In this document: in pieces, positions 8,548 through 17,032 of the stretch
Numbering within the stretch: the stretch's first letter is position 1
How the letters are laid out: each line of letters starts with the position of its first letter
Origin: an uncultured Candidatus Saccharibacteria bacterium
Lineage (GTDB): Bacteria; Patescibacteriota; Minisyncoccia; Minisyncoccales; Staskawiczbacteraceae
DNA length: 50,362 nucleotides
Direction of reading: 5' to 3'
NCBI GenBank assembly: GCA_964453095.1
Contig: CAYVRE010000001.1
Location: 3,440-53,801, forward strand
Translations under genes and position numbers: made by a program
The notes under the pieces: model-generated
The model's input: the letters and a program-made list of their open reading frames with translations, nothing else
Databases searched by the model: none
What the model was told of the DNA's origin: nothing

Positions 8548-9231
8548 CTACTGGCCGAAGCGGCGGTGGCGCCGGTCATATTCCTCTAATGCCTCGGCCA
8601 AGTCCTGTTCCGTAAAGTCAGGCCAAAGTTTTGGTGAAAAATATAGTTCTGAATAAGCTGCCTGCCAGAGCACGAAGTTAGACATCCTCATTTCTCCGCC
8701 TGCCCTTATTATTAAATCTGGAACAGGAAGTCCTGTAGTAGATAAATAGCTTTCAAACAGTTTTTCATCTATTTTGTCTGTGGGTATTTTATCATCAACT
8801 ATTTTTTTTATAGCTTGAAGAATATCCCATTTTCCGCCATAGCTGATGGCCATGTTGAGAAAAAGGTTTGTATTATTTTCTGTTGATTTTTCCACCTTTT
8901 TTACGGCTTCTTGCAACGGCTTTGGCAATCGCTCCCTCTGCCCTATCACTTTTACCTTAATTCCATCTTTGTTGTACTTTTCTAAATTATCGAGAAGACA
9001 CTTTTCTAATAGATTCATTAAATAATTGACCTCTTCCGGAGTTCGATTCCAGTTTTCAGTTGAAAAGCCAAAAGCGGTAAGCACTTTGACTCCCCTCTTT
9101 TTGCACCACTCGGAAAAATCTAAAAGATTTTCATAACCTTTTTTATGGCCATTGAGGCTTGTCAGGCCTTTTTGTTTCGCCCAGCGGCGGTTGCCGTCGG
9201 GGAATAAAACTATGTGTTGCGGTATATTCAT
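8548..9231 (-). CDS. uppS: Undecaprenyl pyrophosphate synthase
   Basis: 227 aa with the hallmark FPDGNRRWA motif and cis-prenyltransferase fold motifs (IRAGGEMRMSNF). Confidence 0.95.
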   Translation of the reverse strand: MNIPQHIVLFPDGNRRWAKQKGLTSLNGHKKGYENLLDFSEWCKKRGVKVLTAFGFSTENWNRTPEEVNYLMNLLEKCLLDNLEKYNKDGIKVKVIGQRERLPKPLQEAVKKVEKSTENNTNLFLNMAISYGGKWDILQAIKKIVDDKIPTDKIDEKLFESYLSTTGLPVPDLIIRAGGEMRMSNFVLWQAAYSELYFSPKLWPDFTEQDLAEALEEYDRRHRRFGQ

Positions 9232-9401
9232 TGGGCTGCTTGTGTATTAATTTGAATCGGTTCTTTAGCTTGGTATTTGGCCGTTATATACCCCAGGGCG
9301 AAAGAAAGTAATAATAAAAGCGCTACGATTATAAATAGTATTATATCATAAAAATTTCTATCGGAGAAATTTTTGACAAAGTGTTTTATTTCTGATAACA
9401 T
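9228..9401 (-). CDS. Small single-pass membrane protein (57 aa), not in the ORF track
   Basis: Hand translation gives MLSEIKHFVKNFSDRNFYDIILFIIVALLLLLSFALGYITAKYQAKEPIQINTQAAQ. Its TGA overlaps the uppS ATG (ATGA), which suggests translational coupling. Confidence 0.45.
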   Translation of the reverse strand: MLSEIKHFVKNFSDRNFYDIILFIIVALLLLLSFALGYITAKYQAKEPIQINTQAAQ

Positions 9402-9430
9402 ATATCTATTATATTAAACAAGATAAAAAC

Positions 9431-9703
9431 ATGTCTAAGACCAAACAAGGCGGTTCATCCAGATTAGGGAGAGATTCAGCCGGCCAGAGATTAGGTGTTA
9501 AGGTTTCCGACGGCCAGAAGATTAAGATCGGCATGATAATTATAAGACAAAGGGGAACCAAATATCTTACCGGTAAAAACGTAAAAATGGGTTCTGACAA
9601 CACTCTTTACTCCATGAAAGACGGCGTGGTCAAATTCTCCTCTAAAACAAAAAGGATTTTTAACGGCACCCGTAGATTGGCAAAAGTTGTCTCGGTTATT
9701 TAA
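9431..9703 (+). CDS. rpmA: 50S ribosomal protein L27
   Basis: 90 aa. GGSSRLGRDSAGQRLGVK...IIIRQRGTKY matches the L27 signature. Confidence 0.95.
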   Translation: MSKTKQGGSSRLGRDSAGQRLGVKVSDGQKIKIGMIIIRQRGTKYLTGKNVKMGSDNTLYSMKDGVVKFSSKTKRIFNGTRRLAKVVSVI

Positions 9704-11348
9704 CCTCGGGTTTAATCGCCACTCTAATAAACTCTTTAAACAAGGGGTGTGGTTTTAACGGCCTTGATTTGAACTCCGGATGGAATTGGGATGCCACAAA
9801 AAATGGGTGGTTTTTTATCTCAATTATTTCAACCAAATTGGATTTGGGATTTATACCGGCCACAACCAGGCCCTTTTCTTCAAGCAGTTGGCGGTAGTTA
9901 TTGTCTACTTCGTATCTGTGGCGATGCCTTTCCGAGATTACATACGGCCCTTTGTTCTGCCCTGCCCAATCTTTATAGGCCCTATGGCTGATGGTGTTTG
10001 GCTGAACTTGGCAATCATATGCACCAAGGCGCATGGTCCCGCCATAATGTTTTTCCTGCAATAGATTTTTTTGTTCTTCCATTACGTCAATCACCGGATT
10101 CTTGGCTTTTTTATCAAACTCCCTGGAGGTGGCGTCCTTTATGCCCGCCACATTTCTGGCAAACTCAATCACCGACAATTGAAGGCCGAGGCACAATCCT
10201 AAAAATGGGATTTTGTTTTTTCTGCAATATTCTATGGCTTTAATTTTTCCTTCCACTCCCCTGCTTCCGAATCCGCCCGGTACAATTATCCCGGCGTATT
10301 TTTTGAGTTCCTTTAATGCCGCCGGGTTCTTTTCAAATTCTTCAGCCGAGAGCCAGCTGATTTTTGCTTTTCTGTTTTGAGAGAAAGCAGCATGTTTAAT
10401 GGCTTCTATAACAGATATATATGAATCCATTAAGGTAAAACTGCCTGTTTCAAAGTATTTTCCGACAATCCCTATATTAACAACCTCGGGAGAGTTTCTT
10501 ATTAGTTTTACCAGTTTATTCCAATCATCTAAGTTGCTCGGCTTGGTTTTCATGCCGAATTTTTTCATAATCCTGTCGCCCATCCTCTCTTTTTCAAAAT
10601 TAACCGGCACTTCGTAAATAGATTTTACATCCGGCGCAGAAATTATATCATCCTTTTCTACGTTACAGAATGTTGCCACCTTTCTTTTCCTCGGCTCATC
10701 CAGCGCTATAACAGACCTGGCCAGAATCATATCCGGCTGTATGCCGGCTGAGTTTAATGTTCTGACCGCGTATTGCGTGGGTTTTGTTTTCATTTCTCCT
10801 ATCATCTTAGGCACCGGGAAATAACTGACTAAAATAAAAAGCACGTCTTTTGGATGTGCAAGCTTCATCATTCTGGCGGCTTCCAAAAACAGCATGTTCT
10901 GGTATTCTCCCACAGTACCTCCGATTTCAATTAAAACAAATTCTGCTTTGACTTTTTTCCCGGCTTTTTCAATTCTGGATATAACTTCATTGGGAATATC
11001 GGGCACAACTTCAACGCACTTGCCGCCGTACTCCAGGTTTCTTTCCCGGTTTATCACCGACTGATAAACCCGTCCGGTGGTCATATAGTTTCCGTCGTAG
11101 ATATTTTCGTCCAGAAATCTTTCGTAGTTTCCCACATCTTGGTCGCATTCTGTGCCGTCATCGGTCACAAAAACTTCCCCGTGCTCGACAGGATTCATTG
11201 TCCCGGCATCAACGTTTATATACGGGTCAATCTTTATAGCAGTTGCCTTATAGCCCTTGCTTTTTAAGATTCTGCCTATTGAAGCAGTGGCTATACCTTT
11301 ACCGATGCCGGACATTACTCCGCCTGCAACGAAAATGTATTTTGTCAT
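9696..11348 (-). CDS. pyrG: CTP synthase
   Basis: 550 aa. N-terminal [15 protein letters not shown] and the GATase nucleophile GLCLGLQ. Its 3' end overlaps rpmA convergently by 8 nt. Confidence 0.95.
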   Translation of the reverse strand: MTKYIFVAGGVMSGIGKGIATASIGRILKSKGYKATAIKIDPYINVDAGTMNPVEHGEVFVTDDGTECDQDVGNYERFLDENIYDGNYMTTGRVYQSVINRERNLEYGGKCVEVVPDIPNEVISRIEKAGKKVKAEFVLIEIGGTVGEYQNMLFLEAARMMKLAHPKDVLFILVSYFPVPKMIGEMKTKPTQYAVRTLNSAGIQPDMILARSVIALDEPRKRKVATFCNVEKDDIISAPDVKSIYEVPVNFEKERMGDRIMKKFGMKTKPSNLDDWNKLVKLIRNSPEVVNIGIVGKYFETGSFTLMDSYISVIEAIKHAAFSQNRKAKISWLSAEEFEKNPAALKELKKYAGIIVPGGFGSRGVEGKIKAIEYCRKNKIPFLGLCLGLQLSVIEFARNVAGIKDATSREFDKKAKNPVIDVMEEQKNLLQEKHYGGTMRLGAYDCQVQPNTISHRAYKDWAGQNKGPYVISERHRHRYEVDNNYRQLLEEKGLVVAGINPKSNLVEIIEIKNHPFFVASQFHPEFKSRPLKPHPLFKEFIRVAIKPEVK

Positions 11349-11812
11349 TCTTCTTCTTTTATCTCCTTTTTTTCTCCGCTAATTATCATTTTTATTTCAG
11401 ATTCCAAATTATGGTCAAAAACTATATTAACCGCAAACTCTCCGATTTCTTTGATCGGGTCCTCTAATTTAATCTGGGACTTTTTTACTTCAAAGCCCAT
11501 TTCCTTAAGTTTTTCAACAATTTTCTGGCTGTTGATTGACTCGAAGAGCTGACCCTCGTCTCCTACCTTGACAGAGATATTTATCTCTAATCCGTCCAGG
11601 TTTGATGCTAATTCCTGGGCTTTTTTCAAATCTTCCTCGGCTTGCTTCTCGATCACTTCTTTTTGGTCTGCCAGCCATTTCAAGGCCTGTTTAGTTGCGG
11701 CTCTGGCTGATTTTTGCGGAAGCAAAAAATTCCTGGCATAGCCGTCTTTTACTTCTTTTACCTCGTATTTTTTTCCAAGGCCTTCAACATCCTGGAGAAG
11801 AATTACTTTCAT
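11345..11812 (-). CDS. rplI: 50S ribosomal protein L9
   Basis: [33 protein letters not shown]-domain. 4-nt overlap with pyrG. Confidence 0.9.
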   Translation of the reverse strand: MKVILLQDVEGLGKKYEVKEVKDGYARNFLLPQKSARAATKQALKWLADQKEVIEKQAEEDLKKAQELASNLDGLEINISVKVGDEGQLFESINSQKIVEKLKEMGFEVKKSQIKLEDPIKEIGEFAVNIVFDHNLESEIKMIISGEKKEIKEEE

Positions 11813-11855
11813 GTTCGAAATAGTTATTTATTATTAAATTGTATAATTTTTTATT

Positions 11856-13058
11856 CTACTTCAAACCCTTAATTACTTCAAGGGCTTTGTTCAGCTGGCG
11901 GTCATTTTCCTTTAGAGAATCTTCTTCCGTCAAACTTACCTTTATATCAGGATTTAACCCTGCCTCTGATATGGATATCCCTTTAGGAGTAAGCCACTTG
12001 GCAATGGTTATTTTTAAGAACGACCCTCCTCTTAAATCCACTATCTGCTGTACCGACCCTTTTCCAAAAGATTTATCCCCGATCAGCTTTATTTTTCTGT
12101 TGTCCCTTAAAGCGCCTGCTAAAATTTCCGAAGTAGAGGCTGAACCCTCATTTATCAAAACTACCATAGGATAATCAACAAAACTGCCGGTGCCTTGTGT
12201 TTTATAAACTTGCTGCTCTTTGTTTCCGCCGAAATCTTCAATAGTTACGATTTGATTTCTGCTTAAAAACCAACCAGCTATCTCTTGAGCCATTTCAAGA
12301 TATCCTCCGGGATTGTCCCTTAAATCCAGTATTATCTTTTCTGCCGGGCTGTCTATTATTTCCACAGCCGCCTTGGAAAAGTCAGATGAAATTAAATCTC
12401 CGAACTGATAAAGATGGATATATGCGATATTCTCGTCCATCAGCTCCCACTTCATCGACGGAATGTTTATGGTGCCACGTATTATCTTTATATCTTTTGA
12501 TTTAGTCCAGGCGTCTCTGAAGATTGTCAGTGTAACTTCTGTTCCTTTAGCTCCCCTGATCAAGCTCACCGCTTCTTCAGTGCTCATATTCAAAGCATCT
12601 TTACCATCTATTTTTACAATAACATCGCCCGGTTTTAATCCGGCTCTTTGTCCGGGGGTTCCTTCCAAGGGAGCTATTACGGTAAGCTGGTCTTTTTTGA
12701 TGCCGATTTCAACGCCGATTCCCTCAAAAGACCCGGAGAGATCTTGCTCAAACCTTCTGGCCTGTTCGGGGTCAAAAAAAGCAGTATAGGGGTCGTCCAG
12801 GGTTTCGGCCATTCCTTCAATCGCCCCGTAGATTATTTTCTGATTGTCTATTTTATCGGGGCTGATAAAAGTTTCTTGCAGCTTGTTATATGCGTCCCAG
12901 AATAAAGAGAAATCAATAGTCCCGGGCTGAGGGACATGATAGGCAATCTTATCCACGCCAACCCAGATGCCCAGCCCAAAAACAGCAATAAAACAAACAA
13001 TCAACGATGCGTAATAAAGTATCTTTTTTATTTTGTTATTTATCATATTATTTATCAT
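11856..13058 (-). CDS. Carboxyl-terminal processing protease (S41 family, PDZ-containing)
   Basis: N-terminal TM, PDZ motif GLKPGDVIVKIDG, catalytic region NEGSASTSEILAGAL and SFGKGSVQ. Confidence 0.85.
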   Translation of the reverse strand: MINNMINNKIKKILYYASLIVCFIAVFGLGIWVGVDKIAYHVPQPGTIDFSLFWDAYNKLQETFISPDKIDNQKIIYGAIEGMAETLDDPYTAFFDPEQARRFEQDLSGSFEGIGVEIGIKKDQLTVIAPLEGTPGQRAGLKPGDVIVKIDGKDALNMSTEEAVSLIRGAKGTEVTLTIFRDAWTKSKDIKIIRGTINIPSMKWELMDENIAYIHLYQFGDLISSDFSKAAVEIIDSPAEKIILDLRDNPGGYLEMAQEIAGWFLSRNQIVTIEDFGGNKEQQVYKTQGTGSFVDYPMVVLINEGSASTSEILAGALRDNRKIKLIGDKSFGKGSVQQIVDLRGGSFLKITIAKWLTPKGISISEAGLNPDIKVSLTEEDSLKENDRQLNKALEVIKGLK

Positions 13059-13165
13059 ATTGTATATTTATACCAAAAAACAAATTGTAAATCAATGTTG
13101 ACAGAGGAGTTCTTTATGTGCAAGATTATCTAACAGACCTTTGAAATCCTTTTAGGAGAAAAATC

Positions 13166-13987
13166 ATGAGCATGGGCAATGGCGCTATATTCCTGGATTT
13201 GGACGGCTGCCTTTTTTCAGAAGACGGCGGCATTGATGAAATGTACTATGAAAGTTTTGGCTGGCTGTCGAGGTATATAAGGGAGGCGAATGTCGGAAGA
13301 CATCCGCAGATCAGGTTTTGTTCCGGCAGGAACATTCCCTTTGTGGAAGCAACCTCTCTGTTTATAGGGCGGCCGCTTTCATCTTTGATGGTGATCGAGA
13401 ATGGAATTGCTTTGTACGACCCGAATACAAAATGCGCTCCGATATACACGCCCGGCGTTACTGAAGAAATGAGAGCTTTATTTGCCGTAATTCTCAGAAA
13501 GAAAGTTCCCAAAATATTGAAAAGATATCCGGGTTTATGCTGCTTGCCGGGAAACCTGATGGCCATTACTCTCAACCAAAAGTTTGACAGCGTTGTGGAC
13601 ATAGAATCCATAAGAGATAATTTGGCAAGGCACGAGCTAAAAAACTTAGTGTTAGAAAGACGGGTGAGAATCATATGTTCTCAGCAAACAGTCAGCATTG
13701 TGCCTCCCCATGTCAATAAGGGAACTGCTGTTGAGTTTTTAGCGGAAAAAGAAGAGATAGACCTCGGGGCTTCCCTGGGTATCGGAGATTCCAAAGCAGA
13801 CATACCATTTCTGGAAAAAATGAGATTTGTAGGATGTCCGGCTAATGCCGACAAGGCCTGCAAAGATTATATTAACAGCAAAAGCGGCAGCAAAAAAGCT
13901 TCTCACTTTTCTTACGCGGCTGCAGTCGTGGACATTATCTGCGAGTTCGCCGGCATTAAACCGCCTGATTTCTTGAGTAAGTTTTAG
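13166..13987 (+). CDS. HAD-superfamily (IIB-like) phosphatase
   Basis: Motif I FLDLDGCLF (DxDx) and motif IV GIGDSKADIPF. SD AGGAG lies 7 nt upstream. GC is higher than in the core genes. Confidence 0.65.
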   Translation: MSMGNGAIFLDLDGCLFSEDGGIDEMYYESFGWLSRYIREANVGRHPQIRFCSGRNIPFVEATSLFIGRPLSSLMVIENGIALYDPNTKCAPIYTPGVTEEMRALFAVILRKKVPKILKRYPGLCCLPGNLMAITLNQKFDSVVDIESIRDNLARHELKNLVLERRVRIICSQQTVSIVPPHVNKGTAVEFLAEKEEIDLGASLGIGDSKADIPFLEKMRFVGCPANADKACKDYINSKSGSKKASHFSYAAAVVDIICEFAGIKPPDFLSKF

Positions 13988-13990
13988 CAA

Positions 13991-14019
13991 GGGTAAAGCA
14001 ACCAGCTTCGCCCTTTTTT
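13991..14019 (+). terminator. Rho-independent terminator after the HAD gene
   Basis: Stem GGGTAAAGC / GCTTCGCCC (one G-U, one mismatch) followed by TTTTTT. A second hairpin plus T-run follows at 14033-14106. Confidence 0.55.
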
Positions 14020-14377
14020 GTTGTAAAAAAACAAGGGCAAGCCGAGGCTGCTATTACTCTGTTCAGAATTCTCTGACGAGTTTTAGCAACGTGGCTGCCC
14101 TTTTTGCGTGTGTCGCAGGTCTTGCCTGGGACGTATGCCTGTAATAGGCATTGAGTGGAGAAAAAACACATGATTTTTCCACCCGAAACGATCAGTCGGT
14201 TGTTACACCCTCTGTTCGGGCGGCATCTGCCTCCGGATCATTTTTTGTTGCACCTCCTTGTTTGAGGTTTACAATTGCGGGTTCAAGCTGATGTTCCAAA
14301 AAAGAGTTGACTATCGCCGCATGCGTGAAAGCTTTTGCTCTGGTAACGCCCTTCACGCACATTTTTGGCAGGTGCCG

Positions 14378-14572
14378 TCAACAAGGGCACCCAGACAACT
14401 TCGCCTGGCACCGCCGTATTCTCTGCTTTGCAACAGTGGTCGGCTTGTTACCAGAGCTGGCTGTAATCTCAAATGCGGCTATGCTCCGCCTGATTTTTCC
14501 TGTTGATTGAAGCAGGATTATCAGGCACAAAGCCAGGAGCGCAATAAGCCCGATAGCGGATATCGTGTACAT
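14378..14572 (-). CDS. Small membrane protein (64 aa from the SD-proximal ATG)
   Basis: GGAGG lies 5 nt before ATG 14572. The product begins MYTISAIGLIALLALCLIILLQ (TM helix) and has a basic tail. It has its own near-consensus promoter. No family recognised. Confidence 0.4.
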   Translation of the reverse strand: MYTISAIGLIALLALCLIILLQSTGKIRRSIAAFEITASSGNKPTTVAKQRIRRCQAKLSGCPC

Positions 14573-14614
14573 ATTTTCCTCCATGATGTAATGTGCTGAA
14601 TCTACGTTATTCTC

Positions 14615-14642
14615 AGTATATACGTATATATGAAACTGTCAA
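14615..14642 (-). promoter_or_regulatory. Near-consensus promoter for the 64-aa ORF
   Basis: On the minus strand, TTGACA (14637-14642), 16-nt spacer, TATACT (14615-14620). It starts 8 nt after the tRNA-Ala 3' end. Confidence 0.5.
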
Positions 14643-14649
14643 CATGTTC

Positions 14650-14723
14650 TGGTGGACCCACCGGGAATCGAACCCGGCCCTGATCCATGCCATGGATCCG
14701 TAATGCCGATTTACTATGGGCCC
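14650..14723 (-). tRNA. tRNA-Ala (anticodon GGC), CCA encoded
   Basis: Hand fold: GGGCCCA-TA-GTAA-ATCGGCA-TTAC-G-GATCC-ATGGCAT-GGATC-AGGG-CCGGG-TTCGATT-CCCGG-TGGGTCC-A-CCA. It has G3:U70 and A73. Confidence 0.9.
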
Positions 14724-14733
14724 CAGTATATAT

Positions 14734-14761
14734 ATCTTACTGCTTTTCAGAAAATTTTCAA
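14734..14761 (-). promoter_or_regulatory. Candidate promoter for tRNA-Ala
   Basis: On the minus strand, TTGAAA (14756-14761), 16-nt spacer, TAAGAT (14734-14739), 10 nt before the mature 5' end. Confidence 0.45.
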
Positions 14762-14792
14762 TACAAAAGCTCAACGGGTCTATGTTGAGCTT
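14761..14792 (-). terminator. Rho-independent terminator of the 39-aa ORF cassette
   Basis: On the minus strand, a perfect 9-bp stem AAGCTCAAC / GTTGAGCTT with an 8-nt loop, then TTTTGTATT. Confidence 0.6.
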
Positions 14793-14821
14793 TGCGGCGA
14801 AGGGAGAGCCGGCTATCGGCG

Positions 14822-14941
14822 CTAAAACCTTGGCAGAAACAAACTGCCAAACAACGCCAGCCAGAAGAGCAGGCCTCCCCAAGCGAGGATGGCCAACGCT
14901 CTTTTGGTTGCACTGAATACAACCACTTTAACTCTTGCCAT
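14822..14941 (-). CDS. 39-aa hydrophobic peptide (type I toxin-like small ORF), not in the ORF track
   Basis: GGAGGT (14948-14953) lies 6 nt before the ATG. The product is MARVKVVVFSATKRALAILAWGGLLFWLALFGSLFLPRF. It is flanked by its own promoter and terminator. Confidence 0.45.
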   Translation of the reverse strand: MARVKVVVFSATKRALAILAWGGLLFWLALFGSLFLPRF

Positions 14942-15021
14942 AACGCTACCTCCGATTTTTAGGTGCTATGGCACGAAAGTACCTCGTGCCCGGGTCGTTG
15001 AAACTATTCAACAATAAAAGT

Positions 15022-15050
15022 ATTATAGCACGTGAAGAGACCAATGTCAA
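15022..15050 (-). promoter_or_regulatory. Perfect consensus sigma70 promoter
   Basis: On the minus strand, TTGACA (15045-15050), exactly 17 nt, TATAAT (15022-15027). The -35 embeds the TGA stop of the DUF763 gene. The leader contains hairpins at 14997-15012 and 14970-14990. Confidence 0.6.
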
Positions 15051-16147
15051 TGATTGATGAACCCTCTAAGTTTTTCAATAGTTTGGTCATAAGTGGGTCT
15101 ATCCACAGGGTATGGCGTAGCATCTTTGCCTCCGTGGGCAAAGGAATAGCGCGCAGGGTCCTCGTAGGAAGGCTTGGCGCCGTATATCACCTCTGCCACC
15201 AGAGCCAGTGCCCTTATTGTTTTTGGACCCACCCCCTCTGTCGCCAGCAGTTTTTCATAATTGCCGGGTTTCTGGTCGCATACGCGCCAGAGGATCTTTT
15301 CTAAGTATTTGCTTTTGGAAAAGTCCTCTGTCACCACCGGATGCCAGCGGAACTCTTTGTTCTCCAGGTTTAACAAAGTCAGCTGCTGTTTTCCTTTTGC
15401 TAATTGTATTGCCTGAGACAGGGGCGTGTAGTATTTCCTCAGTAAAGTTATATCTTTCATCAGAGTATTAAAACTTTGAGAAACCAATTCAGTGCTCAAT
15501 CCCCTATTCCCCCGGCTTTTATCGGCAGTCATATTTAAGACACGCTCAACTTTCAAATCGCTAGTGATGCCGGAGTGCGGTTCCTGTATTAAATCCTTGA
15601 TATCCTGCGAATACCAGTGATATCTGCGGGCTGATTGCGCCTGCGCATTCATTCCCTGTTGGACAACTGTCCAGGCTCCGCTTTTGGTAAAGAAAAAACT
15701 GTGGTGATAAATCTGGAAATCATCTTGTATCAGCGAGCTGTCAACTTTGGCAGCCATTTTAGAATTATACACCAAAGCATAGGCGGTTTTCTCAGGCAAA
15801 GCCATTCTCTCGGCCCAGGATAAAATCTCATCGGGCGTTTTACGGGAAGTTTTTCCTTTGCCTCCGCAGATGAAAATGCCCAGGTCTCTTTCAGAGCCTC
15901 GGATAGCTTCCTTCAGCGCTGCGGTGAGAATGGTTGTCAAACCCGAGGCATTCCAATCAAAAGCCAGAACGGTTCCCAATGATTGGAACCAGACAGGGTC
16001 GGAAATCCTTTTTACAAACTCGTCAGCCCCCTCTTCCTCCACAATGGCATAAATCATTCTTTTGGATAATAGAACCATTCTATCAAAAAGCCACTTGGGG
16101 CATTTCCCGTAATCCAATGTAAATGTAGCAATGCCTTTGTTAATCAT
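15047..16147 (-). CDS. DUF763-family protein (helix-hairpin-helix at the C-terminus), function unknown
   Basis: 366 aa. N-terminal ...CPKWLFDRMVLLSKRMIYAIVEEEGADEFVKRISDPVWFQSLGTVLAFDWNASGLTT resembles DUF763 as I recall it. HhH-like GVGPKTIRALALVAEVIYG is present. Confidence 0.5.
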   Translation of the reverse strand: MINKGIATFTLDYGKCPKWLFDRMVLLSKRMIYAIVEEEGADEFVKRISDPVWFQSLGTVLAFDWNASGLTTILTAALKEAIRGSERDLGIFICGGKGKTSRKTPDEILSWAERMALPEKTAYALVYNSKMAAKVDSSLIQDDFQIYHHSFFFTKSGAWTVVQQGMNAQAQSARRYHWYSQDIKDLIQEPHSGITSDLKVERVLNMTADKSRGNRGLSTELVSQSFNTLMKDITLLRKYYTPLSQAIQLAKGKQQLTLLNLENKEFRWHPVVTEDFSKSKYLEKILWRVCDQKPGNYEKLLATEGVGPKTIRALALVAEVIYGAKPSYEDPARYSFAHGGKDATPYPVDRPTYDQTIEKLRGFINH

Positions 16148-16185
16148 ATTTTTATTACTGACAGTATATCATATCATTTTTACAA

Positions 16186-16216
16186 ACAAAAAGCCTTCAA
16201 CCAATGGGCGAAGGCC
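16186..16216 (-). terminator. Rho-independent terminator after the histidine phosphatase gene
   Basis: On the minus strand, GCCTTC-(11 nt)-GAAGGC followed by TTTTTG. Confidence 0.55.
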
Positions 16217-16218
16217 TG

Positions 16219-16905
16219 CTATCTTATTTCTTTGTCTTGGTAGTCAAAGAATATTCTGTGTAATGTTTTTCCTCTGAAAGTCACCTCGAGCTCAACGACG
16301 CACTCGATGCCGATATCATAGATGGAAACCACTATGATTTCACCGTGGCCCAATGGCTCGTCTCTTTGGTAGTTCAGTTTGAACAGCGACTCTACGACAT
16401 GGTAAATGGTTTCGTAGTGCGAAACATGTATCAGGCACAAAGGCAGATTGGGGCTGATAAACAGGCGCCTGACGAGCTTGGAAAAATATCCCAAAAAACG
16501 CTTGCGCACTTCCGACCTGGGCTCAATTACCTCGCCGTCTTCGTATCTGGGGTCTGTGCCGTAGGCAACAGACAAAGCCCTCATCCCGCCGTTATTCACG
16601 TGCTCGTAGAAAATCGCTTTTGCCCGCATTCGATCTTTAACCATTGCCGCCTGGATATTCGGCTCTATTCTGGTTTTCTCTTTATGCCCCAGTGCTTTTG
16701 CAATAACAGCAGCAGACCCCTGAGCCCTTGCCATCGGAGAGGCAATTATCATCACGTTTTGGTGATTTTCCACAAAGGGCCTTATCAGTTCAGCGCTGGC
16801 CTCAATAGTTTTTATTCCCTCTTCGGTCAAATCAGGGAAAACATCGGTGTAGTCGGTCTGGCCGTGGCGAAGGAAGATCACCAGGCCCAAAAAGCGTCTC
16901 GCCAT
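16219..16905 (-). CDS. Histidine phosphatase superfamily (phosphoglycerate mutase-like) protein
   Basis: N-terminal VIFLRHGQTDYT (RHG catalytic motif) and a later HVSHYETI. SD AAGGAG is upstream. Confidence 0.75.
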   Translation of the reverse strand: MARRFLGLVIFLRHGQTDYTDVFPDLTEEGIKTIEASAELIRPFVENHQNVMIIASPMARAQGSAAVIAKALGHKEKTRIEPNIQAAMVKDRMRAKAIFYEHVNNGGMRALSVAYGTDPRYEDGEVIEPRSEVRKRFLGYFSKLVRRLFISPNLPLCLIHVSHYETIYHVVESLFKLNYQRDEPLGHGEIIVVSIYDIGIECVVELEVTFRGKTLHRIFFDYQDKEIR

Positions 16906-16950
16906 GGCAATCTCCTTTCAAAAAAGATAGTTTTATGTGCTAAAAACCTG

Positions 16951-17023
16951 TGCCCTCGTCGAGACTCGAACTCGAAACCAATTCCTTAAAAGGGAACTGC
17001 TCTACCAATTGAGCTACGAGGGC
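16951..17023 (-). tRNA. tRNA-Lys (anticodon UUU), CCA not encoded
   Basis: Hand fold: GCCCTCG-TA-GCTC-AATTGGTA-GAGC-A-GTTCC-CTTTTAA-GGAAT-TGGTT-TCGAG-TTCGAGT-CTCGA-CGAGGGC-A. Confidence 0.9.
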
Positions 17024-17032
17024 GTGGAGGGA

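Noticed and set aside
14203-14241. The 12-codon SD-led ORF as a classical attenuation leader peptide
   Set aside because: There is no downstream gene on that strand to regulate, since the HAD gene is convergent. SD-ATG spacing is long (11 nt). The overlapping stem is not followed by a T-run. It is kept only as part of the description of the region.
14613-14882. 89-aa minus ORF across tRNA-Ala; likewise 21235-21534 (+) across the tRNA-like gene
   Set aside because: They overlap hand-folded tRNA or tRNA-like structures and have no SD. The real signals here are the RNA genes and the separately delimited 39-aa cassette.
16345-16989. 214-aa plus-strand ORF
   Set aside because: It is antisense to the histidine-phosphatase gene, whose RHG motif, SD and terminator support the minus strand. 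It also runs through tRNA-Lys. The translation is Arg/Gln/Cys-rich with no motif. It is a shadow ORF of a GC-richer region.
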